Source: Octopus sinensis
Taxonomy: Eukaryota
Length of the DNA stretch: 64,000 nt
Direction of reading: 5' to 3'
Assembly (NCBI RefSeq): GCF_006345805.1
Contig: NC_042998.1
Span: 94,240,001-94,304,000, forward strand
This document shows positions 26,683 to 43,618 of this stretch, one piece after another; the stretch's first letter is position 1; each line of letters starts with the position of its first letter. The notes under the pieces are model-generated. The model was given only the letters and a program-made list of their open reading frames with translations. It made no database searches and was not told the origin of the DNA. The position numbers and the translations under genes were made by a program.

Positions 26683-27621
26683 CTAGCAGCTAAGCCCAGT
26701 TTCACCTGGTCTGTTTGGATGATGTGGCTGTGATCGTCAGGCATAATCTATAATAGCGTTTCTCATAATCTATAATAGCATTTCGGGTCCCCTGTTTTGA
26801 TTGGAGCCTCCAGTTGTATGAAAATTTCCTGACTCCCCCCACCCCTTGTCAGAAACAGCTTCAGGAGTTGTGAAGAACGAATTTGTACGTAGTCTGTTTC
26901 TGAGAGCTATTCTATTGGACCTCTGTTTAATCATTAAAACATTGATTTAATTATGAACATAGAAAGAAATTATACATTAATCGCTATTTTTATTAGCAGT
27001 TGTATCCGTAAAAATTTTATTTGCAGAGAGAAAAAATTGAAAGAAGATATATGAAATGGACTTGTCTGCGTATTTTTATGATAGTTGATTTATGTAAAAG
27101 ATTATGTTAAATTTTTAAAATGCAAATATGTGAATGAAGATTAAGTTCAGACCCCTACATGGTAGATAGAATTGGTAGAAATAGCAGCCAAATTTCCCTC
27201 AAAACTCCCTACTGCCTTAATCCGACAATTCTGCCTATTATGTAGTTTTAATGAGAAACTGTAACTAAAGATTAAGATTATTAACCCCACAAAGAGGTGA
27301 AAGATGAGAGACAGCATAGCGAAAGTTTTGGCTGACTGTCATCCTGTACTCCCCTTGTTGCTAGCGAAATGGTATATGCTGGCTGTGTGAGCAACTGGTT
27401 GTTTTAATGGCGAAAAAAACAGGGGAATTCCATTAGAAAAGGTTTTAATCGATTTTCTCGATAAGTATGGGGGCTAGGGAAAAAATACAAACTGCATTCC
27501 AATCTATGCACCCATCTCCATATGTGTGCCATTTTTCACGTGAATCCACCTAGCCATTTGGCTGTGAACCTCAAGACAAGAAAGAATATAATGATCGCCC
27601 ATGTCCAATTTATATTATAGA
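26683..27621 (-). mobile_element. Non-autonomous Helitron
   Basis: Minus-strand A|TCTATAATATAAA start at 27621, degenerate hairpin plus CTAG|T end at 26683, inserted in TA repeats. Confidence 0.7.
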
Positions 27622-28166
27622 TATATATGTGTGTGTGTGTGTGTGTATGTGTGTGTGTGTGTGTGTGTACATATTATTTATATAATATATATTTTTATAT
27701 ATTCAATTATGAATTAAAAACAACACTAGCATAGTAACCATTATTGATCACACATATTCAGTGTATAGTCAATAATGTTTACAACACTAACACTGCTTTT
27801 AATTCATATTTGAATTTAACCTTACATACACATCATTGTGACATACCAGCAAATGGCTTTTACACTATTTGTATATAGTCATAGACAGGCAATTCAGTTT
27901 GTCCCTGGTTCAATTTAGGCATGTGATGTTGATAAGCCACAAGAGTGGTGGAATCCATCAGTATCCACCACACATGAATGGGATTGGAAGTAAGTTACCT
28001 GACCTTTTACATGCCACTGGCACGGGAGCCAGTCAGGCGGCATTGGCAATGACCATGCTTGAATGGTGCTTTTTACGTGCCACTGGCATGGGATCAGTCA
28101 GCCGGCACTGGCATCAACCATGCTCAAATGGTGCTATTCATATAGACACATGTATGTATGTGTATG

Positions 28167-28213
<47 letters not shown>

Positions 28214-28909
28214 ATATGTGTGGTGTGTGTGGTGTGTGTGTATATAGATCTATATTATATGTTGTGTGTATTATAGCATAATATATAAATATATGTGTGT
28301 GTGTGTATATATATATATATCATATGTTGTTGTATATTATATATATACCTTATTAGTGTGTGTATATATATATATATATAAGTGGGTGTATATATAATAT
28401 ATATATATATATGTATGTATGTATACACTTTACCCAGTCCACACTAGGCTGGTCAATTATGCCAAACCAGACAATAGAGCCTGGTGCAGCTCCTGGCCTT
28501 ACCAGTTCCATTCACTGCCCAGCTCATTCCCATATGGAAAATGGATATTTAATGATGGTGATAAGGATGATGATACATGCATACACACAATGGGGTTATA
28601 TGTGTGTGCATGTATCTGTGTGCATATTTGCTCATCTATGTATATATAAAATGCTTAATATCTCTGTCTGTTCCCAATGCATTCTCAAATGGCTCAACCA
28701 AACCAAATCAAATTTTTCGTGGCAATACTATGAGACCCAGGAATGTCAACATGTAATTTTGGGGGATTAAATCAATGCAACATTGGCACTGGCTCCGAAT
28801 TACATTTCAAAACTTGAAGAATAAAATTGAAACCTTTGACAGAGTAAGTTATGAATAGTTTCAATATGTATATATATACATGTACATATGTATATATGTA
28901 TGTATATAT

Positions 28910-28942
<33 letters not shown>

Positions 28943-29406
28943 GCTTAACGTCTGTTTTCCATGTTAGCATGGTTTGGACGATTTTGACTGAGGGCTGGCA
29001 AACCAGATGGCTGCACCAGGCTCCAATCTTGATCTGGCAGAGTTTCTACAGCTGGATGCCCTTCCTAACGCCAACCACTCGAGTGTAGTGGGTGCTTTTT
29101 ATGTGCCACTAGCACGGGGGTCAGTCAGGCGGTACTGGCAACAACCTCGCTTGAATCTTTTTACACATGCCACCAGCACAGATGCCGGTAAGGCAACACT
29201 GGTAACGATCACGCTCGAATGGTGCCTTTTACATGCCACCAACATGGAAACCAGTTAGCCGCTCTGGCAACGATCACACTCAGACGGTGCTCTTAGCACC
29301 CTATTAGCACAGGCACAAGTGCCAGTAAGGCAACGCTTGTAACGATCACACTCGAATGGTGCCTTTTTATATAATACAAATATATATATGTATATATACA
29401 AACATG

Positions 29407-29463
<57 letters not shown>

Positions 29464-29551
29464 ATATACATGTATATATATATGTATTGATAAAAATGGC
29501 AAGACAACAAAAGAATGAAGGAGACCTCAATATTATGTAAATAGAGGAATT

Positions 29552-29750
29552 TATCTGTAAATATAATAAGTGACAATTATTCAGTAGCCATGATAAAACT
29601 CTGAGTTTCGGATGTCAGGGCGGAAACCTATGCCAGCATCTCTTCGATGGGTCGATAACTGAAGAGATGCCGGCATGGGTTTCTGCCCTGACATCCAAAA
29701 TTCAGAGTTTATCATGGCTACTGAATAATTGTCACATATATTTACAGATA
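29552..29750. ncRNA. About 200-bp palindrome made of two head-to-head hammerhead-like motifs, each defective
   Basis: Arms of about 90 bp around a 15-nt centre. Composite of both arms: GAUAA-CUGAAGA-GAUG..CAUC-C-GAAA-CUC-A-GAG-U-U-UUAUC. Confidence 0.6.
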
Positions 29751-30488
29751 TATATATATATATATATGTGTGTGTTTATATATGTGTTTATATATGTACT
29801 ATTGTCACTAACAAACTATATAGCTTTTGTCATAAGAACACCAGCAATATTCTTCTTCTTCTTCTTCTTCTTCTTCTTCTTCTTCTTCAGTTGAGAAATG
29901 TTATGGCCACTAAGTCAGAATAAAATATGAAGATAACAGGAAGAGAAGGCAAAGAAAGGACAAAGTGATATTCAGAAATGGTGTACATATCGAAAACAGA
30001 CTTAATTTCAATTTTTCATCTCACTTTGCATTGGCAGTGTTGTGAATTTAGGCATCAATTATGGTAAGAGCATGAACTGTATGGAAGTGAAACACAGAAC
30101 CGTATTTCTAAGCGTTAGATGTTAATAAACACAAGTAGGCCAATGTTGGAATTATTGATTTCTTTGGCTTGCTAGGAAGACCGATTTTCATTTCATAAGG
30201 AAGGCAAATAGTTGATTGAATAGCTCAAAACTTATTACTGGTATATTTGTATCTTCAACCTCAGAGAAAGATTTAAAAAGGGCCAATTTGAAATCACAGA
30301 AATTTGAACCACTAAATGCAAAAAAAAGTTGACTTTTTTAATTCCTGTAAGACATTTCAAACTGATGTCCTTCAATTTGAGCGAAATTGCAATGCATGCA
30401 TGCATCATCATCATCATCATCATCAAACATCATCATAATCATCAAACATCATCATCATCCTCATCATCGTTGTCATTGTCATCATCGT

Positions 30489-30668
30489 CATCATCATCAT
30501 CAAACATCATCATCATCAAACATCATCATCATCAAACATCATCATCATCAAACATCATCATCATCAAACATCATCATCATCAAACATCATCATCATCAAA
30601 CATCATCATCATCAAACATCATCATCATCAAACATCATCATCATCAAACATCATCATCATCAAACATC
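30489..30668. repeat. 16-bp minisatellite (CATCATCATCATCAAA) x about 11 inside a (CAT)n field
   Basis: CAAA recurs with exact 16-bp period from 30501 to 30661. Confidence 0.9.
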
Positions 30669-30733
30669 TTCATCATCATCATCAAACATTATCATCATCA
30701 TCATTACCATCATCAAACTTCATCATCATCAAA

Positions 30734-30776
<43 letters not shown>

Positions 30777-31414
30777 GTCATCATCAAACGTCATCATCAT
30801 CATCATCATAATCGTCATTATCGTTGTCATCATTATCATCATCAAACTTCATCATCACGATCATCATCATCAACATCATCATCATCATCATCATCATCAT
30901 AATCATCAAACATCATCATTACCACCACCATCATCATCATCATCATCGTTATCATCATCATCGTTGTCCTCATCATTGTCATCCTTATCATTTAATGTCT
31001 ACTTTTCCATGCTTGCATTAGTCAGATGGAGTTTGCTGAGGCAGATTTTTTTTTCCAGTCAGACGGTCTTCTGTTGTTGACATTATGCTTCCAGGCAAGG
31101 AAATATTCTCCCATGGCCAAATAGAAGACTGGAAACAAACAACCTTACTATTTCAATGACGATGCTCATTTACAATCATTGCTTGATGTCTGGACAAGGG
31201 TGCACACAAATCTCTACACACACCCACACACACATGTGTAATACGTGCATAACACACATAAAAGCACCCAGCAGACTTTGTAAAGTGGTTGGCGTTAGGA
31301 AGGACATCCAGCTCGAGAAACCAAGCCAAAACAGACTGGAGCCTGGTGCAACTCCCTAGCTGCCAGATCTGGTTAAACCATCCAACCCATGCCAGCATGG
31401 AAAACAGACGTTAA

Positions 31415-31446
<32 letters not shown>

Positions 31447-31798
31447 ATACATATATTTCGATAAGTACCAATACTTGAAACTCTCAGACCTTGAGTCACT
31501 CTGTTGCTCCTGCTAGATATAAATAAGAATATATACATATATACAGTGCTGCAGCATGGCCACAGTCAAATGACTGAAACAAATAAAAGAATGAATGTAA
31601 AACAATATTCATACATTGAGTTCTATTCTTCCTGCTTTATATATATTTTTCTTGGATCTGTGAACATATATCATCATCATCATCATCGTATAACGTCTGT
31701 TCTCCATGCTAGCATGGTTTGGACTGTTCAACCAGGGATCTGGGAAGCCAGAAGGCTGCACCAGGCTCCAGTCTGATCTGGCAGTGTTTCTACAGTAT

Positions 31799-31834
<36 letters not shown>

Positions 31835-32132
31835 CGTATACATATATATACATAAAGAAGCTCGTCATATCTATGTGTGTGTGTGTGTATGTGTGTTTGT
31901 GTGTATGTGTGTTTGTGTGTCTGTGTTTGTCCCCCCACCATCACTTGACAACCGATGTTTGTATGTTTACATCCCTGTAACTTAGCGGTTTGGCAAAAGA
32001 GACTGACAGATTAAGTACAAGGCTTACAAAGAATAAGTCCTGGGGGCGATTTGTTCAATTAAAGCTGGTGCTCCAGCATGGCCATGTATATGTATATATA
32101 TATACATATATATATATATACCAAAAATTGAA

Positions 32133-32175
32133 CTGTCTGATGATGGCTTAACCGGCGAAAACTTCAAAGTCACAG
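32133..32175 (+). ncRNA. Type I hammerhead-like motif
   Basis: CUGU-CUGAUGA-U-weak stem II-GAAA(A)-CUU-CA-AAG-U-C-ACAG. Stems I and III pair; there is one extra A after GAAA. Confidence 0.45.
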
Positions 32176-33091
32176 GAAATGCTATTTTTGTTAAAGAATA
32201 ATAAAAATTTGTACTCTACCCCAAATATTGACTAATACTTCAGTTCAATGTAAAATTGTTTTTATCACAACATAAAAACAAGCATTAATACATATGTATA
32301 TATATTTAGGTGTACAGTATTATATATCCATTATGGCCAATCTTACCAATTTTATATATATATATAGAGAGAAAGAGAGAGAGTGAAAAAGAGAGATAGA
32401 AGGAGAGGGTCATAATTATACACACATGCATGTATGGCAATATGATGCAGCTCTTAAACATGAGAAGTTGTAGTTGTAATAAATATTAGACTCTGGAAAT
32501 TCATAAGTTCAATGCATTTCCATGTATAATGATGCAAATCCATGATATATACAAGGAGAGATGAAGATAGCCAAACACGTTTCCAAAAAACAATCATCAC
32601 TATCATCATCGTTTTGACGTCCACTTTTCTATGCTTGCATGGGTCAGATGGATTTTGTCAAGGTAAATTTTCTATGGCCAGATTCCCTTCCTGTTACCAA
32701 TCTTCTTGTTTCCAAGTAAGGTAATATTTGCCCATGACCAGATATGTTTTCAAGGAATATTAGAAACAAAGACACTGCTTGCATGTCAGTCACACACATG
32801 AACAACTATCACACAATGTCAAGGCAACAAGACAATAACATTTACACACACACACACACACACGCAATTATGATGATGATGATGACGACGATGACAATGA
32901 CAACAACGATGATAATGATGATGATGGCGACGACAACAACGACGACAACGATGATGATGATGATGATGATGATGATATATAACTTACATACTCTTCAAAC
33001 TGATTATGTCGGCTCTGCTCATTTAGCCACTCTTACATCACCATACATACATACATACATCCATCCATACATACATCCATCCATACATACA

Positions 33092-33125
<34 letters not shown>

Positions 33126-33211
33126 CATACACACATACAAACATACATATAAACATACATACATACACACATGCATACATATACTCATGCATATATGCAC
33201 TTATGTATGCA

Positions 33212-33244
<33 letters not shown>

Positions 33245-33447
33245 GCATGCATGCATACATACATATATACATACACGCACATACATACAAACATACATGC
33301 ATACATACATGGATGCATACATACATACATACATAAATACATACATGCATCCATACATGCATACATACATACATACATACATACACACACTCACACACAC
33401 ACACACACACATACATACATACATACATACATACATACATACATACA

Positions 33448-33478
<31 letters not shown>

Positions 33479-36282
33479 CTCTTTAAAAGTCAAAGAGAAA
33501 GAGAATAACTATGGACAACTGCTTTGAAACCCTCAACTTCTACATCCAGATTATAAATTCACATTTATACCAATAATAATTGTGGCACTTGGTTTTGTGA
33601 GTAAATGCCTAAGTCAAGATTTTCAGAAAAACAAATCAACCAAATTAACTCACATATTAGAAATACAATCTGTAAGGGGAACAGTAAAAATATAAAAACT
33701 TTTCCAAAAGTTAAAATGTGCCTTCGTTTTTGTTATCTACATTCCAATGATAATATTTCGTATCTTTGTTAGAAACCATCTCCTTACTCAGAGGAAGAAT
33801 TCAAATAATTAAAAACAGAAGAGAACATACATAAAACAGCTTTCTCTGCAGTTTTAGTCTAACGATTCCTTCACAAAGTATTGATTGTCTAGCATGAAAT
33901 TATAGTAGATGATACTTATCATGGTGACACACTATGGGATAGAACCTGAAAGCATGTGATTATGAGATGAACTCTGTACCTATACAGCCATGCCTGTGTC
34001 TAAATTGATAAAAGTTATCCTGGAAAAATGGATGCACATATTAGCAGAGAAAATTAATATTTAGGCTAAACCCATTATCATGATGAAATTAGAAATTTCA
34101 ATCTTAGCTTTTTCAATATCGCTCTTTAACTTATGAAAACAAGAAGTAATTAATTTTGGTTTTTGACATCATCAAGAAAATAATTTTAATCAGTAAAAGC
34201 TACTCCATTTGAGGATGCCAAAATGTAACCAAAATGAGCTGGAATACTGGAATGCTTTGTTTGCCAAAAGTAGAATTCTGTCATGTTGTGTAAGCCATTG
34301 TTGAGGTTACCTCTGAATAAATTGCATGTCGGTAGTGATTAAAGTAAGAATATATTAAAATGGTTCCTCATTGTCTTTTCCAAATGTATGGGAAGTGTTG
34401 TTCTCAGTCCAATAATTATTCAACACCTTTGCTGCTTGTAGCAGTGAGAATACACCTCCTCTTAATACCAGAACAAGATGATTTGGATGCTGGTGATTTG
34501 GCACATTAGAGTGGACATTGAGCCTCTTTTAGTGACAGTACTTTTTGCCACTAGAGGCAAACACACACACAAACACACACGCATGCATGCACATGCCTAT
34601 ATATACTAAATATACACTGACTCCTGTGCCAGTGGAATGTAAAAAGCACCATTTGAACATGTCCGATGCCAGTGCCACCTGACTGGCTCCTGTGCCAGTG
34701 GCACATAAAAAGCATCCACTACAGTCTCGGAGCGGTTGGCATTAGGAAGGGCATCCAACAGTAGAAACTTTGCCAGATCAGATTGGAGCCTGGTGCGACC
34801 TCTTGGCTTGCCAGTCTCCAGTCAAAAGTTAGGTTGTTGGCCCTATGCAAATCCATTTTAACCTTTAGGAAAAGGTGGCTTCTTTTAGAAACAGACAAAT
34901 AGACACACACAACAAAGGGATATGTGTGTGTGTGTGTATTCTAGAAGCACTGTGTGTCCCACCCACACTTAACAAGAAAATTCCTCACACACTCTACCAC
35001 AATAAACCAAACTACCTCTTTACATCTCATCTCTTCCTCACATTTTCACTTCATGCACTAGATCTATCTCCCATTCCCTACACTGTCCTCTTGACTCTGT
35101 GCCACTGTATCATTGCTCTCCCCTAGCTTCTAACCCATGTGTTCTACTCATGCCCTGTCTCACTGTATCATTGATATCTGCCAGACCCTGACCTGTATGT
35201 TCCACCCACACATAACAAGGAAACTTTTCACACATCCTCCCCCAACAAACTAATCAACATCTCTACATCTCTTCTCTTCCTCACATTTCCTCCTTCAAGC
35301 ACTATGCCTACCTCCCACCCACCTCCAACCCTGAACGGCTTTCTTCCTCTGTATCATTGCTATCCGGTAGCCTCCTGACTCTATATATACCCAGGTTTCT
35401 GCCACTCACTCCCCACCTCTGCACTCTTTAATCATGCTTCCTTTACAATATCCTGCCACTTATATTATGGCATTCAAACCTCAAGGGTATGCCCTGGCAC
35501 TTGCCATCATCTATATCTTCCTCTGCCTTTACTCAACCATCCCATTTATATTCTGATCCTTGTCCCTTGTGAGTATGCCCAGCACTTTACCACCATCTCT
35601 ATCCTGCTGTCTCCCAATCTGTCTCTCCTTCTCCGGCAGTTCCCTCAGGTTGGGTAACCTTTGTGGCAGCACACCTGTTTCTGTCTTCATTCCTGATCTC
35701 TATCTCTCTCTATCTCTCTCTCTCTTTCCAGTCCAGTAACCTTGTACCTCCACTACAGTAAGGCACCTGATTCTGTTTCCCTGTCTCACTATAACCTTTC
35801 ATCATCTGACACAAGATCACCTCCTCGAATGTCCCCTCCCCTCTCAAAAAAGTTTTTTTTTTCTTGCAAGTACTTGGTGACTTAAAAGCACCCAGTCCAC
35901 ACTGTAAAGTGGTTGGCATTTGGAAAGGCATTCAGCTGTAAAAACTTTGCCAAAACTGACCTTGCTTTTGCTTGTGCCACCTAAAAAGCATGAATACCAA
36001 CCACTCAGCAGAGTGGTTGGTATTAGGAAGGGCATCCCACTGTAAAAGTCCTGCCAAAGCAGTTACATAAGTCTGGTGCAGGTTTCTGCTTGGCTGGCTC
36101 CTGTCAAATCATCCCACCCATGCCAGCATGGAAAGTAGACATTAAATTATGCTGCTGATGATGATGACGATGATATACATATATAGGTTTCAAATGGAAA
36201 GTGGTTGCTCTTTCACAGGGATGTATTTTATCCAAGTGTACTTTGGTTTAGCTCCATATCAATTAAAATACTTTGGATTTCA

Positions 36283-36521
36283 TTAATCGGATCTTTTCCT
36301 TTTGATGGACGGAATTTTCTAGTTAACTAAACAATTTGAAACTTCGTATACTGGTAGAATGTGTCAAAAGAAAACATTATTGTAAACAAAATTGAAAACA
36401 AAATTGTAATTTGTAAGTTTAACGTAGTTTAATTCTTTGAATTTAACCAATGAAATACCAGCATTTGAGCTCAAATCATTTGCTGCGTCTAAAAACTCAG
36501 ACAGTATCCTGTTGAATGTAA

Positions 36522-36559
<38 letters not shown>

Positions 36560-37508
36560 TTATTCATCCTTCTCTCTTCTGTCTTCTGTCTTCTGCATGT
36601 GCTAGAAATAACAGCTATATCTCTGAAATCGATGAATTTTGTCGCCCAATAAAAATATTAACGATATTTTTTGAATATTTTCTTTATTTTGTTTTTACCG
36701 AAAAGGCTTCTCCCATGGTTTTGAAGGGCCAGAAACAACAAAAACAAAACAATAATATGCCTAAATCAGTGTAGAGGGTGTGTGTGGAGTGTGGGTCGTA
36801 TTGTAAAAATTTGCGAAATATTTTTTCATAAAAGGATGCCCCAGCTTGTCGGAGGCTGTGATATAAATTGGGAAAAAAATCCTCGACACCAGTGCGTAAT
36901 TGGTACTTAATTTATCGACCCCGAAACGATGAAATATTGACACCCCCCCCCATTTCTGGTTTATTTACCTTTTGTGTAAATTTGTTGCGGCAAGGGGCAA
37001 AACACAGGGGGGACAAAGCATGAGATACAAAAATATTAAGTCGATTCTATCAACACCAGTGCGAACTCACGAACGTGTATGTATGCTTGTGTGCATATGT
37101 GTGTGTATGTATATCTCCGTTTGTATGTGTGTGTATGCTTATATATTAATTACTATGTTCTTGTGCAAATGTATATGCATGTGTTTGAGAAAGAGTGACA
37201 GAGAGAGTGTGTGTGTGTGCAAGTATACGTGTGTATGTATCTGAATATATGTGTGTGTGTATGCGGCATGCATCTGCTATGTTTCTTTATCAATATCGAT
37301 AACGCAGCAAATGATTTGAGCTTAAATGCTGGCATTTCATTGGTTAAAATTCAAAGAATTAAACTACGTTAAACTTACAAATTACAATTTTGTTTTCAAT
37401 TTTGTTTACAATAATGTTTTCTTTTGACACATTCTACCAGTATACGAAGTTTCAAATTGTTTAGTTAACTAGAAAATTCCATCCATCAAAAGGAAAAGAT
37501 CCCATTAA
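36283..37508. mobile_element. MITE-like element with about 200-bp TIRs bounded by TTAA
   Basis: 36283-36487 is nearly identical to the reverse complement of 37302-37508. The spacer is non-coding and contains SINE fragments. Confidence 0.85.
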
Positions 37509-37599
37509 TCTGTGTTAGTATTAGTGTTAAGTCTTACAAAGTTCCAGTTGTCATTATAGATGTTTTCATCCATTCGATATAGGATAACAGAATTTTAAT

Positions 37600-39940
<2,341 letters not shown>

Positions 39941-39942
39941 TA

Positions 39943-40008
<66 letters not shown>

Positions 40009-40014
40009 AGTCTG

Positions 40015-40045
<31 letters not shown>

Positions 40046-42378
40046 GTATGTATGATGGTTTTTTTCAGTTTCTGTCTACCAAATCTACTCACAAAGCTTT
40101 GGTTGACCCAAGGCTATAGTAAAAGACACTTACCCAAGGTGCCATGGTGTGGGACTGAACCTGAAAGTTTGCAGTTAGAAAGCAACATAATACATATAAT
40201 TGTCATTGTTGTCATTGCACATATTGTATTAACTCTTATTGGCACAGACCACCATTTGTCTCTTTGAATTCTTGCGATTTTTAACTGATTGCTTCCCTTG
40301 TAGGATTTTGCATTTTTAGCTCTAGCAGCATATATGAGATATTTCAAGGTATTTTATATATGGAAAGGCTAAAATTCATCATTGTACAACAACAGTAAAG
40401 GAAAAAATAAAACGTATATAGCCAGCTACTTCAAGACATGCGGTCTTTTACATCTCGTGATATGGTAATTTTATCCTCAAAACATCTTAATTTAATTCAT
40501 GCGACTTAGCTTTTGTTTTGTTTTTTTTATCTACACAAGAAACCTTGTTTGAAATTCTAACATCTCCTTTGAGGCAACTATTTATTTTCACAAAATTACC
40601 TATGCTCTTGTTTCTTTGGAAACAGTTAAATATGCTTGAAAATACAAAGAAAACAGAAAAGAAAATATAACCCTTGACAACAATATTGCTTTGTCACATT
40701 GGAACTTGGCCATTAATTGTTATGAACGAGGTGAGGTAGAGCCAATTGAGTTGACTTCACTACACAACAGGTATTTATTTTTCTATCCCCAGAAGAATGA
40801 AAGATGAAGTTAATTCTGGCAAGGTTTCAACACAGAATGAAGAGGGACAAAACTAAATAACACTAGGCACTTAGCAACCTGTTGTTTTTCATGTCTTAAT
40901 ATCTAATTATTATCGATTTCAAATTTTGGCACAAGGCCAGCAATTTCGGAGAGGGGTAATTCAATTACATTGACCCCGGATTCAACTGGTACTTTATTTT
41001 ATCAACTCCCTAAAAGGATGAAAGGCAAAGTCAACCCCAATGGAACTAAATCTAATTATTATTGAAAATATAATTAAGGCAATCAAAATGTAGTCAAGTA
41101 GCTCAGCTACTTTTCTAATTCTTAGTCCTTAACAAGAAAAAAAGTTGGCATAAATGAGAAAGAGAACATTTTTATTTCTTTATTGCCCACAGAGGGCTAA
41201 ACACAGAGAGGGCAAACAAGGACAGACAAAGGGATTATCATTGACCTCAGTGTGTAACTGGTACTTATTTAATCGACCCCGAAAGGATGAAAGGCAAAGT
41301 TGACCTCGGCAGAATTTGAACTCAGAGCATAATGGCAGATGAAATACCGCTAAGCATTTCGTCCAGTATGCTAACGATCCTGCCAGCTCACTGCTTTAAA
41401 GAGAACATTGCACAAAATATTTTATGGCTTTTGCCTGAAGCTTTGCTTTCTTGGTTTTGGGGGATTTTTTTCACTTTTTGGGTCTGAAGGGAGGATTAGC
41501 GCGCATAGCATTTGCATGCCCTCCCAGACTGCTGAGATTGATGAAATTAATGCTCCTATCAAACCTTTGAATGTCAAAACATTGTAAGTCAGAAATGAGG
41601 TCTATCACATTATGAATTTTGACCAAAAATTGTACTTCTAACTAACAACAGAAGGTATGTGAAGTAGAAATACATTTAAAAATACTTATATATACACATT
41701 AGGCTTCTTTAAGTAGCCATCTGTTAAATGGCATTAGGAACGGCATCCTGCTGTAAAAACCATGCCAAAATAGACAGTGGAGCTTGGTGCAGTCCTCTGG
41801 CTTGCCAGCTCCTGTCAAGCTGTCCAACCCATGCCAGTATGGAAAACAGACATTAAATAATGAGAATGAGGATGAGGATGAATCCACCCACAAGACTGTG
41901 GTAAACCTAGGGTTAGAATAGAAAATACTTGTCTAGGTTCCATACAGTGGGACTTAACTCAAAACCACATAGTTAAGAAGCAAGCTTCTTAAAACCAGAC
42001 AGCTATGCTGGCTCCTAATTGCTCAAAATTTAACCTTTTGCTTTGTGAAAAGAAATCCACATTAAGCTCATGATAGCATTTAATTTGATTAAATATATAT
42101 TAGATACAATGATGGCTTAGAGATAGATATGTGTCTAAATTGTTAAATATTTAGCCAGCAAACCACAATTTAGTATCCTGCTGCAAGCAAGACATTTATT
42201 GTGTCTTTAGGTAAGAAAATGTTACTAATCATGAGTCAATTTTAACATTGATTCTTTCTCCCCTTTATAAAAGATAAAACTTTTATATCAACATAGCCAC
42301 CATTATCATCAGTACCATTATTGTCATCATTATCATCATCATTATCACCATCATCATCATCATCATCATCATCATCAT

Positions 42379-42413
<35 letters not shown>

Positions 42414-43256
42414 CATCATCAACCTCATCATCATCATCATCATCACCACCACCACCACACCACCACCATCACAATTATCATTTGCAATTATCACCAATTA
42501 CAAACGTTTACATACCAAAGACTGTTACAGTCAATCTTTGCATAACAATATCACTCATTGCATCCTTGAACTGCAACAATTTCCCCAAAGGAAAATTAAT
42601 TTCATTAAATCAGGCCTAGACTATCTCACACTCTAAAAGTATTTCTTAACCTAATTCAACTCTACTTACCTTCTGTTGTCAGCTAGAAGGACATTTTACT
42701 CTCCGAATCTGTAGTTCAACTGACCCCATTGCTAGTGGAGCAATATCTAATAGAATTTATAAATCTAAATGTTTAACTGTTAATGATAAGTAGAACAACT
42801 CTTGGTGAGGTGAGACTACGATTGAGATTTGACCGAATGTGTCATACATATATATACTACATCATGTTGTTGACTAACAGAGTTAGAATAAATTCTGTTA
42901 GTCAATGACACTCCGGTATCATATTTTTTTTCTGTTTGTATGTTTATTTATGTGGCTTCAATTTTTATCGGTTTTCTTAAATTGAATGCATTGGATGTAT
43001 TTGTAAGTATTGAGTTTGCATTATCTTTGTGTATGTACTCAAACTTGGTACATATACGTGTGTGCATTTGCGTATGGATCCATGAATGGCAAGCACAGAC
43101 ACATGCACATAGACTCACACATACACACACACATGGAAACTCACATATGCATATAGATAAATATATACATGGAGAAACATATCCACATGCACACACATGT
43201 ACATGTATATATCTATATAAGTATGTATGTGCATGCATTTATGTGTGTGTATACAT

Positions 43257-43295
<39 letters not shown>

Positions 43296-43390
43296 ATAAT
43301 ATATATATGCATATATATATACTATTGCTTGTTTTATATTCATGTGTGTGTGTATGAATATATATACATAGATATGTATATGCTTATATA

Positions 43391-43460
43391 TGATGGGTAT
43401 ACTGGGCTTCATACGTTTTAACCCAGTGTCACTTTGATGGCATGCACTGCTCTCTCACTC

Positions 43461-43519
<59 letters not shown>

Positions 43520-43563
43520 GTGAATTTTTTGTTTTGGTAAGTTGCAAGAGAGAAATCCTGTTC

Positions 43564-43618
<55 letters not shown>

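Noticed and set aside
34950-35360. Diverged internal duplication with about 243-bp period in a C/T-rich region
   Set aside because: Low complexity and degenerate; no function or family can be supported.
36340-36350. 11 of the 13 bases of a loxP arm (AACTTCGTATA), with an inverted copy at 37441
   Set aside because: The inverted copy is simply part of the TIR; spacing is 1.1 kb rather than 8 bp; chance match is plausible.
36300-36360. GAAACTTCGTA resembling a hammerhead 3' half in the TIR
   Set aside because: No CUGANGA core or stem I partner upstream.
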